64,000 bases of DNA from Gemmatimonadota bacterium (GCA_039587355.1 JBDHIO010000013.1:9847-73846), one strand, 5' to 3'; positions 1 to 9,295 are shown, numbered from the stretch's first letter. The notes: generated from the letters alone by a model not told the origin. Numbers and translations are program-made.

Positions 1-22
1 CCGGGCCTGACGGATCAGGCGC

Positions 23-1549
23 TCACGGCGGAAAGTGACGCCCGGCACGGATCGCCAGATCGAGCACGGACTTTCGCCACCCGGTCAGTAGCGAACGCCG
101 GTAGGTGTCCGCCGTCCGCCGTACCCCCTCGCTCATCGTCGGGTACGGGTGTACGAGCGAGGACAGCGAGCCGATCTTGATCCCGTGCTTCATCGCGAGC
201 GCGATCTCGGCGATCATCGTGCCGGCGCCGGGCCCGAGGATATGCCCTCCGAGGATCGTGCCGCCCCGGCCGACGACCATCTTCACGCAGCCGACGGCCG
301 CCCGTTCCGCGATCGCCCGATCGAGCCCTGCCAGATCGTAGACGTGACTGGTCACGACATCGCCGTGGCGCTCGCGTGCCTCCGCCTCGGTGAGGCCGAC
401 GTGCGCCAGCTCCGGGTCCGTGTACGTGCACCAAGGGATCACGCGGTAGTCGATCTTCGCCCGCACGGGCAGGAGGGCGTTCTGAACGATCGTCCGCGCC
501 TCGTGGTCGGCGACGTGAGTGAACAGGTACCCGCCGGTGACGTCACCCGCCCCGAAGATGTGGCGCTGCGACGTCCGCAACCGATCGTCCACGGTCACCC
601 ACCCGCGGTCCGTCTCCACGCCCGCCCTGTCCAGATCGAGATCCTCGGTGTTGGGTCGCCTCCCGACGGCGACCAGGATCTCGTCCGCCTCGACGGACTC
701 CTCGGGCCCGTCGGACGGCGCATCGGGGTCGCGACCCGGGGGCTCGACGATGAGCCGGGCTCCCGTCCCCGACCGCTCGACCCGCGTGACGATCCGACCG
801 GTCAGGACGCGGACCCCCTCCTCACGAAGAATACCCGTCAGTCTGGCGGCGAGTTCGGGCTCCTCTCGCACCAGCAGGCCGTCCAGCATCTCGACGATGG
901 TGACCGCGACCCCCAGCCGGGCGAACGACTGCGCGAGCTCGACCCCGATCGCGCCCCCGCCGATCACGGCGAGAGACCGGGGGAGGTCGGTACGCTCGAA
1001 TGCCTCGGCGTGCGTGAAGTATCCGGTTTTGGCGAGCCCGGGGATCGGTGGGACCGAGGCGCGGGTGCCCGTCGCGATAACGAAGCGCCTCCCGGTTACG
1101 CGGCGGCCATCGACCTCCACCTCGCGGGGTGAGATGAAGCGCGCGGAGCCCTCGATGACATCGACGCCCATCGCGCGAAAGCGCTCGGGGTCGTCGTGCG
1201 GGGCGATCCGTGCCCGAACGTCGCGGACGGAGGCGAACACGTCGGCTCCCTCGATCGCTCCGGGACCGGCCGGAAGCCCGAACGCCGCCGCGTCGCCGAA
1301 CCCGTGGGCGAGTCGGGCGGAGCTGATCAACGCCTTGGACGGGACGCACCCCGTCCACAGGCAATCGCCGCCCAGCCGGTCCCGCTCGATGAGGGCGGCT
1401 CGACCGCCGAGACCCGCCACGCCAGCGGCAGTCACGAGGCCGGCAGTGCCTCCCCCGATCGCGACGACGTCGAACTCCGGTTGTACCGCCAAATCACGAC
1501 TCCTTGCCCGTTCCCCTGCGAAGCTCGTCGTCCCGACAGGCCTGAACAA
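23..1549 (-). CDS. FAD-dependent pyridine nucleotide-disulfide oxidoreductase (dihydrolipoyl dehydrogenase / mercuric-reductase-like class I flavoprotein)
   Basis: 508-aa ORF. FAD fold DVVAIGGGTAGL, redox-active disulfide GGDCLWTGCVPSK, second Rossmann AVIGGGAIGVELAQ, C-terminal HPYPTMSE interface motif. True start may be internal to the ORF. Confidence 0.85.
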   Translation of the reverse strand: MFRPVGTTSFAGERARSRDLAVQPEFDVVAIGGGTAGLVTAAGVAGLGGRAALIERDRLGGDCLWTGCVPSKALISSARLAHGFGDAAAFGLPAGPGAIEGADVFASVRDVRARIAPHDDPERFRAMGVDVIEGSARFISPREVEVDGRRVTGRRFVIATGTRASVPPIPGLAKTGYFTHAEAFERTDLPRSLAVIGGGAIGVELAQSFARLGVAVTIVEMLDGLLVREEPELAARLTGILREEGVRVLTGRIVTRVERSGTGARLIVEPPGRDPDAPSDGPEESVEADEILVAVGRRPNTEDLDLDRAGVETDRGWVTVDDRLRTSQRHIFGAGDVTGGYLFTHVADHEARTIVQNALLPVRAKIDYRVIPWCTYTDPELAHVGLTEAEARERHGDVVTSHVYDLAGLDRAIAERAAVGCVKMVVGRGGTILGGHILGPGAGTMIAEIALAMKHGIKIGSLSSLVHPYPTMSEGVRRTADTYRRSLLTGWRKSVLDLAIRAGRHFPP

Positions 1550-1828
1550 CCGGAGGTGGGCGGCAGGTTCCCGCGGCGTCCCCGAATGTGCCCGTCCCGC
1601 TCGGACCGGAATCTCACCAGAATAATGGCGGACCGCCCGTCGCCCCGGGTCATCTCGAATGCACGCGATGGGCCCGAATCGGCCGTAGGTGGCGTTTGTA
1701 ACCGGCCTTGCACCCCGGTCGTCTCCTTCTGCAGGCGGTTCGCGGAGAGGGCGCGGATGTTGCCCGGTTGCGGACCGGTTCGGTGTGGTCGATCGGGAGG
1801 TCGTGTGGTGCGATACAGTGCGGTTCGG

Positions 1829-3715
1829 GTGAACCGGAGAGGGGTCGTGCAGGTGGCGTCGCTGGTGGTCGCGGCGTCGCTGGTCGCGGCGTGCTCGTCG
1901 AGTCCGAGCGGTCCGGCCCCGCCCCCGCCTCCTCCACCCCCTCCCCCGGCCTCCAACGTCGTCGTTTCGAGTGGTGACTCGCAGACGGCGCCTCCGGGGC
2001 AGTCGGTGGTCACCGCGCCCGAGGTGCGAGTCACGAACTCGCAGGGTCAGGGCGTGTCCGGGGTCGCCGTCGTCTTCTCCGTGACCTCCGGAGGAGGATC
2101 CGTCTCGAATCCGAACGCGATGACCGACTCCCAGGGACGGGCCTCGGCCGGGATCTGGACCCTGGGTGCCCAGAAAGGGGCCCAGCAGCTCCGCGCCACG
2201 GTCGGGGGGGTCGGGTCCGTGACGTTCAATGCGACAGCGGCGGAACCGTTGGAGCCGACCTCCCTCCAGGTCGTGACGGGCAACGGACAGTTGGCAACCG
2301 TCGGATCGACCGTCGGCACCCCGCCGAAGGTCCGCGTTCTCGATGATGAATCGAGTCCGGTGGCCGGAGTGACCGTCACGTTCAGCGTGATGGCCGGCGG
2401 CGGTTCGATCACCGGAGCGACCGCGACGTCGGACGCCTCGGGCGAGGCCTCCGTCGGCTCCTGGACGCTCGGCACGACCGTGGGCGACAACCGCCTGCGG
2501 GCCCGCGTCGACGGCGTCTCACCCGTGACGGTCGACGCGACGGGCACCGCTGGACCCGCCGCCTCGGTTTCGGCGTTCGCCGGGGACGGACAGAACGCCA
2601 CCGTGTCGACGACGGTCGCCGTGTCGCCGGCCGTGCGGGTCGAGGATGTCCACGGAAACGCCGTGAGCGGAGCTAGCGTGAGCTTCGCCGTTGGGGGCGG
2701 AGGCGGCGGTGTGAACGGTACCGCCGGCACGACCGACGCGAGCGGCGTGTTCGCGGTCGGAAGCTGGACGCTGGGAGCGACTCCCGGCCCCAACTCGATC
2801 GTGGCGACCGTCGGCGGGAGCGGGATCACCGGAAACCCCGTCACGTTCAGCGCGACCGGCGTCGCCGGGGGCGGTGGTGGCGGCGCGTTCGACATCGTGA
2901 TCCGCTTCAACCCCGGTTCGACGCCAACGGCCGCTCAGCTCGCCGCGTACAACGTCGCCGAGTCCATCTGGGAAGCGGCGATCACGGGTGACCTGGCGGA
3001 CACGCCGGTCAACCGACCCGCGGGTACGTGCTCGTCGCCCACGGCGATCAACGAGGTAGTGGACGATCTCGTCATCTTCGTGACCCTCGAAGCGATCGAC
3101 GGCGCGGGCGGTGTCCTCGGCAGCGCGGGTCCGTGTCTCGTGCGTGGCGGGTCCAACCTCCCGATCATGGGCTCCATGCGATTCGACACGGCCGACCTGG
3201 CGAACCTCGAGAGCAATGGCCTGCTCGACGAGGTCATTCTCCACGAGATGGGGCACGTGCTCGGGATTGGAACCATGTGGCCGGCCCACGGGCTGCTCGC
3301 GGATGCCATCGGGAGCGGCGGCACGGATCCGCACTTCACGGGAACCGGCGCCCTCGCCGCGTTCAATTCGGTCGGCGGCTCCACGTACGTCGGAAACAAG
3401 GTGCCGGTCGAGGACACGGGCGGCCCGGGAACCCGAGATGGTCACTGGCGGGAGTCGGTGTTCGACACGGAGCTGATGACCGGGTGGATCGACTTCGGGA
3501 CGAACCAGCTCAGCCTCGTGACGCTTCGGTCACTGGACGACATGGGGTACGTGATCGACGCGGGTCATGCGGACTCCTACAGTCTGCCGGTCTCCCCGTC
3601 GCTTGTTCCCCGACCCGGCAGCTCGAGGGCGATCCAGCTCGAGAACGACATCCAGTCCGGGCCGATTGAAGTCGTGGACTCGGCCGGTCGTAGGATCGGC
3701 GTGATCCCCCGATGA
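1829..3715 (+). CDS. Secreted lipoprotein: three Ig-like (Big_1-type) modules plus a C-terminal leishmanolysin-like (M8-type) zinc metalloprotease domain
   Basis: Within ORF 1196..3715. GTG at 1829 gives signal peptide NRRGVVQVASLVVAASLVAAC (lipobox LVAAC), then 10 consecutive Pro, then three ~95-aa repeats, then HEMGHVLGIG (HExxH) followed by DGHWRESVFDTELMTG. The long in-frame N-terminal extension looks non-coding (Arg/Pro-rich). Confidence 0.75.
   Translation: MNRRGVVQVASLVVAASLVAACSSSPSGPAPPPPPPPPPPASNVVVSSGDSQTAPPGQSVVTAPEVRVTNSQGQGVSGVAVVFSVTSGGGSVSNPNAMTDSQGRASAGIWTLGAQKGAQQLRATVGGVGSVTFNATAAEPLEPTSLQVVTGNGQLATVGSTVGTPPKVRVLDDESSPVAGVTVTFSVMAGGGSITGATATSDASGEASVGSWTLGTTVGDNRLRARVDGVSPVTVDATGTAGPAASVSAFAGDGQNATVSTTVAVSPAVRVEDVHGNAVSGASVSFAVGGGGGGVNGTAGTTDASGVFAVGSWTLGATPGPNSIVATVGGSGITGNPVTFSATGVAGGGGGGAFDIVIRFNPGSTPTAAQLAAYNVAESIWEAAITGDLADTPVNRPAGTCSSPTAINEVVDDLVIFVTLEAIDGAGGVLGSAGPCLVRGGSNLPIMGSMRFDTADLANLESNGLLDEVILHEMGHVLGIGTMWPAHGLLADAIGSGGTDPHFTGTGALAAFNSVGGSTYVGNKVPVEDTGGPGTRDGHWRESVFDTELMTGWIDFGTNQLSLVTLRSLDDMGYVIDAGHADSYSLPVSPSLVPRPGSSRAIQLENDIQSGPIEVVDSAGRRIGVIPR
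1961..2862 (+). repeat. Three tandem, diverged ~285-bp coding repeats (Ig-like modules) inside the lipoprotein protease
   Basis: Each repeat shows the pattern G(D/N)(S/G)Q..(V/T)..........VRV.......V.G..V.F.V..GGG.........TD..G.A..G.WTLG......N.(L/I)...V.G....V.F.ATG. Boundaries are approximate. Confidence 0.6.
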
Positions 3716-4329
3716 CCGGTCACCGTCGCGTTCCGGGGGCGATCACGACCCTCGCCGCGCTGGTCGTCGTCTCGGCGGCCACGGCCTGCAGCTCGACATG
3801 GCGTGTCGGGGCGCGCCCCCTCGATGACCTCGACCGGGCCGCAATCATCAGGTGCCGCTTCGAGGCCCCCCGCGAGCCGCTCTCGTCCGAACGGATCGCG
3901 GCTCTTGCGGGAGCCTACCGCGTCTTCATGGTGGGCGATCGGGTGCCCGGCGTCGTGGCGTCGGGGACCCTCGATCTGGCGCTCGCGCCCGGCTCCAGCG
4001 AGGGCATTGGTGCCGCGCCGATCCTCGTGGGGACGACCGCCGTCGACCCTTCCGCCCTCGGCGCCGTCATACCGGGACCCGCTACGGCCGCCGATCCGCT
4101 GGCCCCGGGGGTCGGAATCTACGTCTTCCCCACAGATGACACCTCGGGTGAGTGGGCCGCCGTGCTGAGACTCGGTTCCGAGTCGAACCGACGCGATCAG
4201 CAGCGATTCGACGGGGCGCACACGACCCTCCGGATCTCCTCCATCGGGGATACCGGCTTCGGCGGGACCTGGACGAGCGCGGAAGGCGCGAGCGATGCTT
4301 CGGGCGACTTCTGTGCGGTCCGTTCCTGA
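3712..4329 (+). CDS. Hypothetical lipoprotein
   Basis: 205-aa ORF. ATGA overlap with the upstream protease stop. Signal/lipobox AALVVVSAATAC. No recognisable domain. Confidence 0.6.
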   Translation: MTGHRRVPGAITTLAALVVVSAATACSSTWRVGARPLDDLDRAAIIRCRFEAPREPLSSERIAALAGAYRVFMVGDRVPGVVASGTLDLALAPGSSEGIGAAPILVGTTAVDPSALGAVIPGPATAADPLAPGVGIYVFPTDDTSGEWAAVLRLGSESNRRDQQRFDGAHTTLRISSIGDTGFGGTWTSAEGASDASGDFCAVRS

Positions 4330-4401
4330 CCCCACGGAAGAGACCCCTCCTCCCTCACCCATAATTTGCCGGATGAGTCGGCCCTCGGTTAGCTTCGGGG
4401 C

Positions 4402-5652
4402 GTGGAAAACTCATCCCAAACCGCCCTTTCAGGGGCAACGTCGTCCGCGCGCGCGACCACGAGCGCAGGACTCGAGATCTTCCGGAAGTGTCGCGAATTC
4501 ACTCGTGCCGCCGAGGCTCGCGCCGCCGGGTTGTATCCCTATTTCATGCCCATCGAGGAGTCGCATGACACCCACGTCGTGATCAACGGCGAGGACAAGA
4601 TCATGATCGGCTCGAACAACTACATGGGCCTGACGCACGACCCCAGGATCCTCGAGGCGGCCGAGAAGGCGCTGCGGAAGTACGGCAGCGGCAATACCGG
4701 CAGCCGGTTCCTGAACGGGAATCTCGACTTGCACGAACAGCTCGAGGCCGAGCTCGCCGATTTTGTCGGGATGGAGGAAGCGCTCGTCTTCTCGACGGGC
4801 TACCAGACGAATCTCGGTACACTGGGCTCCCTGCTGGGCCGCAACGATACCGTCTTCGTCGACAAGCTCGACCACGCGAGCATCCAGGACGGCGTCCGTC
4901 TCGGGCTCGGCCAGGTCCGGCGTTTCGCGCATGACGACTGGGCGACGCTTCGCCGCTTGCTGGCCAACGAGCCGGCCGGCCGGGGCTTGATGATCGCCGT
5001 GGACGGCGTCTACAGCATGGAAGGCGACATCGCCGACCTGCCGAAGCTCGTCGAGCTCAAGAAGGAGTTCGGCGCGGCCGTGCTCGTCGACGACGCGCAC
5101 GCGGTCGGCGTCATCGGGCCGACTGGTGCCGGTACCGCCGAGCATTGGGGCATGACGGAAGACGTCGACCTGATCCTGGGGACGTTCTCGAAGTCGTTTG
5201 CCTCGATTGGTGGCTTCTGCGCCGGTGATTCCACCGTGATCGACTACCTTCGCAATCATGCCCGCGCGTTGATCTTCAGCGCGAGCATGCCACCGGCATC
5301 GGTCGCCACCGTGCTGAAGGCACTCGAGATCATCCGCGAGGAGCCGGAGCGGCGCGAACGCCTTTGGAAGAACACTCACAAGATGATGGAAGGGTTCAAG
5401 TCGATCGGGTTGGACATCGGCCCCACCGAGACGCCGATCGTCCCTATTCTGATCGGACCTCTCGAGAGGACCTTCCTGTTCTGGCGGGCCCTGCTGGACG
5501 CGGGCGTGTTCACCAATCCGGTCGTACCGCCGGCGGTTCCCGACGGCAGTTGCCGACTGCGGACCAGCTACATGGCGACGCACACCGACGAGCAGCTCGA
5601 CTTCGTCCTGGACCAGGTCGAGCGCGTGGCGAAGGAACTCCAGGTCGTCTAG
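4402..5652 (+). CDS. spt: PLP-dependent alpha-oxoamine synthase, serine palmitoyltransferase-like
   Basis: GTG start, 416 aa. GSNNYMGLTHDP, SGNTGSRFLNG, FSTGYQTNLG, VDDAHAVG and the Lys motif GTFSKSFASIGGF. By eye the C-terminal half is collinear with my recollection of Sphingomonas SPT (RERLW..N, AGVF.N...PPA.P). SPT versus Kbl/BioF/CapB cannot be settled by eye; gene context favours SPT. Confidence 0.8.
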   Translation: MENSSQTALSGATSSARATTSAGLEIFRKCREFTRAAEARAAGLYPYFMPIEESHDTHVVINGEDKIMIGSNNYMGLTHDPRILEAAEKALRKYGSGNTGSRFLNGNLDLHEQLEAELADFVGMEEALVFSTGYQTNLGTLGSLLGRNDTVFVDKLDHASIQDGVRLGLGQVRRFAHDDWATLRRLLANEPAGRGLMIAVDGVYSMEGDIADLPKLVELKKEFGAAVLVDDAHAVGVIGPTGAGTAEHWGMTEDVDLILGTFSKSFASIGGFCAGDSTVIDYLRNHARALIFSASMPPASVATVLKALEIIREEPERRERLWKNTHKMMEGFKSIGLDIGPTETPIVPILIGPLERTFLFWRALLDAGVFTNPVVPPAVPDGSCRLRTSYMATHTDEQLDFVLDQVERVAKELQVV

Positions 5653-5667
5653 GTCGACACCTCACTC

Positions 5668-6813
5668 ATGACTGCAGGCGCTGACGCACCCGTTCGGGTG
5701 ACACCCGTTCGGGTGGTTTCGGTCGACACGCGTCGAGATCTGAAGAAGTTCATCGACTTCCCGTGGTCGGTGTATCGAGACGACCCCGACTGGGTTCCTC
5801 CGCTGAAGTTGGACATGCGGAACGCGTTCGACCCGTCGAAGCACCCGTTTCACCTGCATTCCGAGGCTCAGCCGTTCCTCGCCCTGCGTGGATCCGAGCC
5901 CGTCGGCCGCATCTGCGCGATTCGGAACCGCCGTCACGAGGAGTTCCACGAAGAGCCCGTCGGCTTCTTCGGGTTCTTCGAGTGCATCGACGACCCCGCC
6001 GTGGCCACGGCTCTGTTCGACACGGTCCGGGACTGGCTGCGCGAGCGTGGCCTCGAGGTGATGCGGGGTCCGACGAGCTTCTCGACGAACGAGGTTTCGG
6101 GTCTTCTCATCGGGGGCGAGCCCGGCCCGCCGTTCGTCATGATGCCCTACAACCCCACCTACTATCCTTCGCTGCTCGAGGGATACGGATTCGAGAAGGC
6201 CAAGGATCTCCTGGCGTGGCGGAAGGAGAACGTCGAGCCGCCCCACCTCACCCGCGCCGAGTCGATCGTCAAGCGGCGCAACAAGGTCACGGTGCGCACG
6301 CTCGACAAGTCCCGGTACGCCGAGGAACTCGAGAACGTTCGCAGGATCTACAACGCCGCCTGGGAGAAGAACTGGGGCTTCATCCCCATGACCGACGCCG
6401 AGATCGATTTCATGGCCGAAGAGCTCCGCCTCGTCATCGAGCCGAAGCTTGCCGTGTTCATGGAGAACGAGGCCGGAGAGACGATCGGATTCGCGCTCTC
6501 CCTGCCCGACTTCAACCAGGTGCTGATCAAGATGAACGGGCGGTTGTTCCCGTTCGGTCTCATCAAGGCGCTCTGGAACAAGCGGAAGATCGACCGGATG
6601 AGGGTGATCATCCTCGGGCTGCTCCCCGAATACCGTGGGAAGGCGCTAGATGTCCTGCTGTATCTGGCGATCTTCCGCAACGGCCTCGACATCGGGCTGA
6701 CCTGGGGCGAGATGTCCTGGATTCTCGAGGACAACGGGCCGATGAACTCCGCGATCGAGAAGTTCGGGTCCACGCTGTTCCGGACCTACCGCCTGTACGA
6801 TGTCGCCGTTTGA
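5668..6813 (+). CDS. Large (~380 aa) GNAT-fold acyltransferase; candidate bacterial ceramide synthase (bCerS-like)
   Basis: 381-aa ORF starting 16 bp after spt. The C-terminal part has an acyl-CoA N-acyltransferase-like segment (RVIILGLLPEYRGKALDVLLY). Assignment as ceramide synthase is by context only. Confidence 0.65.
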   Translation: MTAGADAPVRVTPVRVVSVDTRRDLKKFIDFPWSVYRDDPDWVPPLKLDMRNAFDPSKHPFHLHSEAQPFLALRGSEPVGRICAIRNRRHEEFHEEPVGFFGFFECIDDPAVATALFDTVRDWLRERGLEVMRGPTSFSTNEVSGLLIGGEPGPPFVMMPYNPTYYPSLLEGYGFEKAKDLLAWRKENVEPPHLTRAESIVKRRNKVTVRTLDKSRYAEELENVRRIYNAAWEKNWGFIPMTDAEIDFMAEELRLVIEPKLAVFMENEAGETIGFALSLPDFNQVLIKMNGRLFPFGLIKALWNKRKIDRMRVIILGLLPEYRGKALDVLLYLAIFRNGLDIGLTWGEMSWILEDNGPMNSAIEKFGSTLFRTYRLYDVAV

Positions 6814-6861
6814 TCCGCCCGCGGCGCGCGCGCACCAACGCCTTTACGTGACCACTTTACC

Positions 6862-7812
6862 ATGACTCGCGTGCTTCTGACCGGCGGTACCGGGTTCCTG
6901 GGGAGCCACCTCGCGGAAGGCCTCGTCGGGGGCGGGTACGAGGTTCTCGCGAGCGTACGTGCGTCGAGCGACACCAGTTGGATCGACCCGCTCCAGCTGG
7001 AGACCACGCTGGTCGATCTCGGTGCCGCCGACACCGCAGCTCTCGAGACCGTCCTGCGTGGCACCGACGCGATCGTGCATTGCGGCGGGCTGACCCGCGC
7101 TCGCACCGAGGACGAGTTCATGGCCGTGAACGCGGTCGGGACCGGTCGCCTGGCGGCCGCGGCCGCCGCAGCCGGCGTCCGACGGTTCGTGTTCATGAGC
7201 AGCCTCGCCGCGAGGGGGCCGGACGGAGCCGGCGGCCCGATCAGCCCGTACGGCCGTTCGAAGGCCGAGGCAGAGCGGGCGCTCCTCGAGCTCGCCGATG
7301 ATCTCGAGGTGGTCATCATTCGTCCCGGCGGCGTCTACGGCCCGCGCGATTCAGACCTGCTTCCCCTGTTCGACATGGCGAAGAGGGGCTTCGTGGTCGT
7401 CCCGCGCAGCCCGAACCCGCTTCAGCCCGTCTACGTCACCGACGTGGTCGCCGCCACGATTTCCTCTCTCCACGCGCCGATTCCCGGGGCACCTCTCGCG
7501 ATCGCGCATGCGGCGTTGCACCCGTGGTCCAGCCTGGCCGAGGCGCTGACGAGCGCCGTCGGGAGGGGGACGCGCACGATTCGCGTGCCGCCTTCGCTGT
7601 TCTGGACCGCCGGCCTTCTGTCCGAGGCAGGGTCGCTGGTGACCCGGAAGGCTCCGGCGATGGATCGGCGCCGCGCCCGCGACATGTCGGTGCATCGCTG
7701 GACCTGCGACATCGAGCCAACGCGCGACGCGCTCGACTGGACACCGAGAATCGACATCGTGGATGGACTCGGCCGGACCGCCGAATGGTACCGTGAACAG
7801 GGGTGGCTCTGA
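6862..7812 (+). CDS. NAD(P)-dependent epimerase/dehydratase-family SDR; candidate ceramide reductase (CerR-like)
   Basis: 316 aa. N-terminal Rossmann VLLTGGTGFLGSHL; YGRSK catalytic Y-x3-K. Confidence 0.8.
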   Translation: MTRVLLTGGTGFLGSHLAEGLVGGGYEVLASVRASSDTSWIDPLQLETTLVDLGAADTAALETVLRGTDAIVHCGGLTRARTEDEFMAVNAVGTGRLAAAAAAAGVRRFVFMSSLAARGPDGAGGPISPYGRSKAEAERALLELADDLEVVIIRPGGVYGPRDSDLLPLFDMAKRGFVVVPRSPNPLQPVYVTDVVAATISSLHAPIPGAPLAIAHAALHPWSSLAEALTSAVGRGTRTIRVPPSLFWTAGLLSEAGSLVTRKAPAMDRRRARDMSVHRWTCDIEPTRDALDWTPRIDIVDGLGRTAEWYREQGWL

Positions 7813-8711
7813 TGGACCCGAGAGACCTGCCGATCGACCGCGGCGTCCTCGCCATCGATCGCCTCACGATGGGCTACTTCGGGATCACCGGCACGTTCGC
7901 TCTGATCTTCGGAGGGCTCACCGGGGCGACGATCGCGGGGGTACACGTCCTTCTGATACTCCTGATCTACAGCGCCCGGAAGCTGCAGCCGCAGAAGGGC
8001 TTTCTGGCCTTCCTGCGAGTCGGGTATCCGTCGCTGATGATGCCCGCGATGTACGCCGAGCTCGCGACGCTGAACCAGTTCATCTCGTCGGGATACCACG
8101 ACCAGATGGTCATCGGTTGGGACGAGGCGATCTTCGGCGGACAGCCGAGCATGTTTCTGAGCGAGATGCTTCCGTGGGTCCCGTTCTCCGAGGCTACCCA
8201 CTTCGGGTATTTCCTCTACTACATCATCATGCCCGCCGCGGTGTGGGGCGCCTATCTCGCCGCTGGACGCGAGGGAATGCACCGCACCGTGTTCACGCTG
8301 ATGGCCACGTTCTTCAGCTGCTACTTCACGTTCATTCTCTTCCCCGTGACGGGTCCCCGGTACGAGTTCGAACGGATCGGCGGCGCGATCGCGGACGGGT
8401 CGTTCTACAACCTGGTTCACACCCTGCTGGAGACCGGCTCCTCCAAGGGCACGGCGTTCCCCAGCTCTCACGTGGCGGCGGCCGTCGCGATTGTTCTCGC
8501 CGTATGGCGGGAAGATCAGCGGTGGTTCTGGATTCTACTCGTGCCGACAGCATTCCTCTGCTTCGCCACGGTATACGGGCGTTTTCACTACGGGATCGAC
8601 GCGCTGGCAGGGTTCGTCTATGGAATCGGCGTCTGGGCGCTCGTCCCGAGGCTCTTCACCATGCTTCGGGGCAGGCAACCCGACTCGTCTCCGGTGTATC
8701 CAACAACGTGA
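7812..8711 (+). CDS. Polytopic PAP2-superfamily membrane protein (Aur1/inositol-phosphotransferase-like PAP2 subtype)
   Basis: ATG at 7812 overlaps the SDR stop (TGATG); an alternative GTG lies at 7803. Multiple TM helices. PAP2 motifs C2 FPSSHVAAA and C3 GRFHYGIDALAG (H-x3-D). Confidence 0.8.
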   Translation: MDPRDLPIDRGVLAIDRLTMGYFGITGTFALIFGGLTGATIAGVHVLLILLIYSARKLQPQKGFLAFLRVGYPSLMMPAMYAELATLNQFISSGYHDQMVIGWDEAIFGGQPSMFLSEMLPWVPFSEATHFGYFLYYIIMPAAVWGAYLAAGREGMHRTVFTLMATFFSCYFTFILFPVTGPRYEFERIGGAIADGSFYNLVHTLLETGSSKGTAFPSSHVAAAVAIVLAVWREDQRWFWILLVPTAFLCFATVYGRFHYGIDALAGFVYGIGVWALVPRLFTMLRGRQPDSSPVYPTT

Positions 8712-8737
8712 ATGAAGCGGGCCGTACGAGGAGCGGC

Positions 8738-9295
8738 GTGGAAGAACGTGAATTGATCGCCCGTGCAAAAGCGGGCGACCGCGGAGCGATGGGGGAGCTT
8801 TACGAACTCCATGCGAGACGCGTATACACGGTGGTTCGACGACTGGTGGGCGATGATCACCTCGCGGAGGATCTGTCCCACGAGGCATGGGTGCGTGCGT
8901 TCGAAAAGCTGCACCTGTTCCGCGGGGACTCGGCCTTCGGGACGTGGATCTACCGCCTCGCCACGAACGTCGCGCTGAACCGGCTTCGACGTTCCTCGAA
9001 GCGGGATACGGTGGAGGCGTCCGCTGATCTTCCGCGGATCTCGAAGGCGCCGGATGACGCGGTCGTGAACGGCCGCGTTCTTTCGCTGGCCCTGGACAAG
9101 TTGCCGCCGGGTTACCGCAAGGTGTTGGTATTGCACGATGTAGAGGGCTGGACCCACGAGGAGATCGCGACCTCGCTGAACTGTTCGGCGGGCACCTCGA
9201 AGTCACAGCTCCACAAGGCGAGGGCGAGAATGCGACAGCTGATCTCCCCGCCGACGATAGACGAAGGTGGGGCGCGCGGTGAGGCGCGTCTCTGA
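8738..9295 (+). CDS. ECF (sigma-70 family, group IV) RNA polymerase sigma factor
   Basis: GTG at 8738 preceded by GGAG. Region 2 (DLSHEAWVRAFEKL, FGTWIYRLATNVALN) and region 4 HTH (VLVLHDVEGWTHEEIATSLNCSAGTSKSQLHKAR). Starts 26 bp after the PAP2 gene. Confidence 0.85.
   Translation: MEERELIARAKAGDRGAMGELYELHARRVYTVVRRLVGDDHLAEDLSHEAWVRAFEKLHLFRGDSAFGTWIYRLATNVALNRLRRSSKRDTVEASADLPRISKAPDDAVVNGRVLSLALDKLPPGYRKVLVLHDVEGWTHEEIATSLNCSAGTSKSQLHKARARMRQLISPPTIDEGGARGEARL

Noticed and set aside
149-1625. Long plus-strand ORFs (149..1132, 519..1625, and the 5' part of 1196..3715) overlapping the flavoprotein oxidoreductase gene.
   Set aside because: They are antisense or out of frame to a gene with clear FAD/NAD and redox-disulfide motifs. 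Their translations are Arg/Pro/Ser-rich low-complexity sequence typical of high-GC shadow ORFs.
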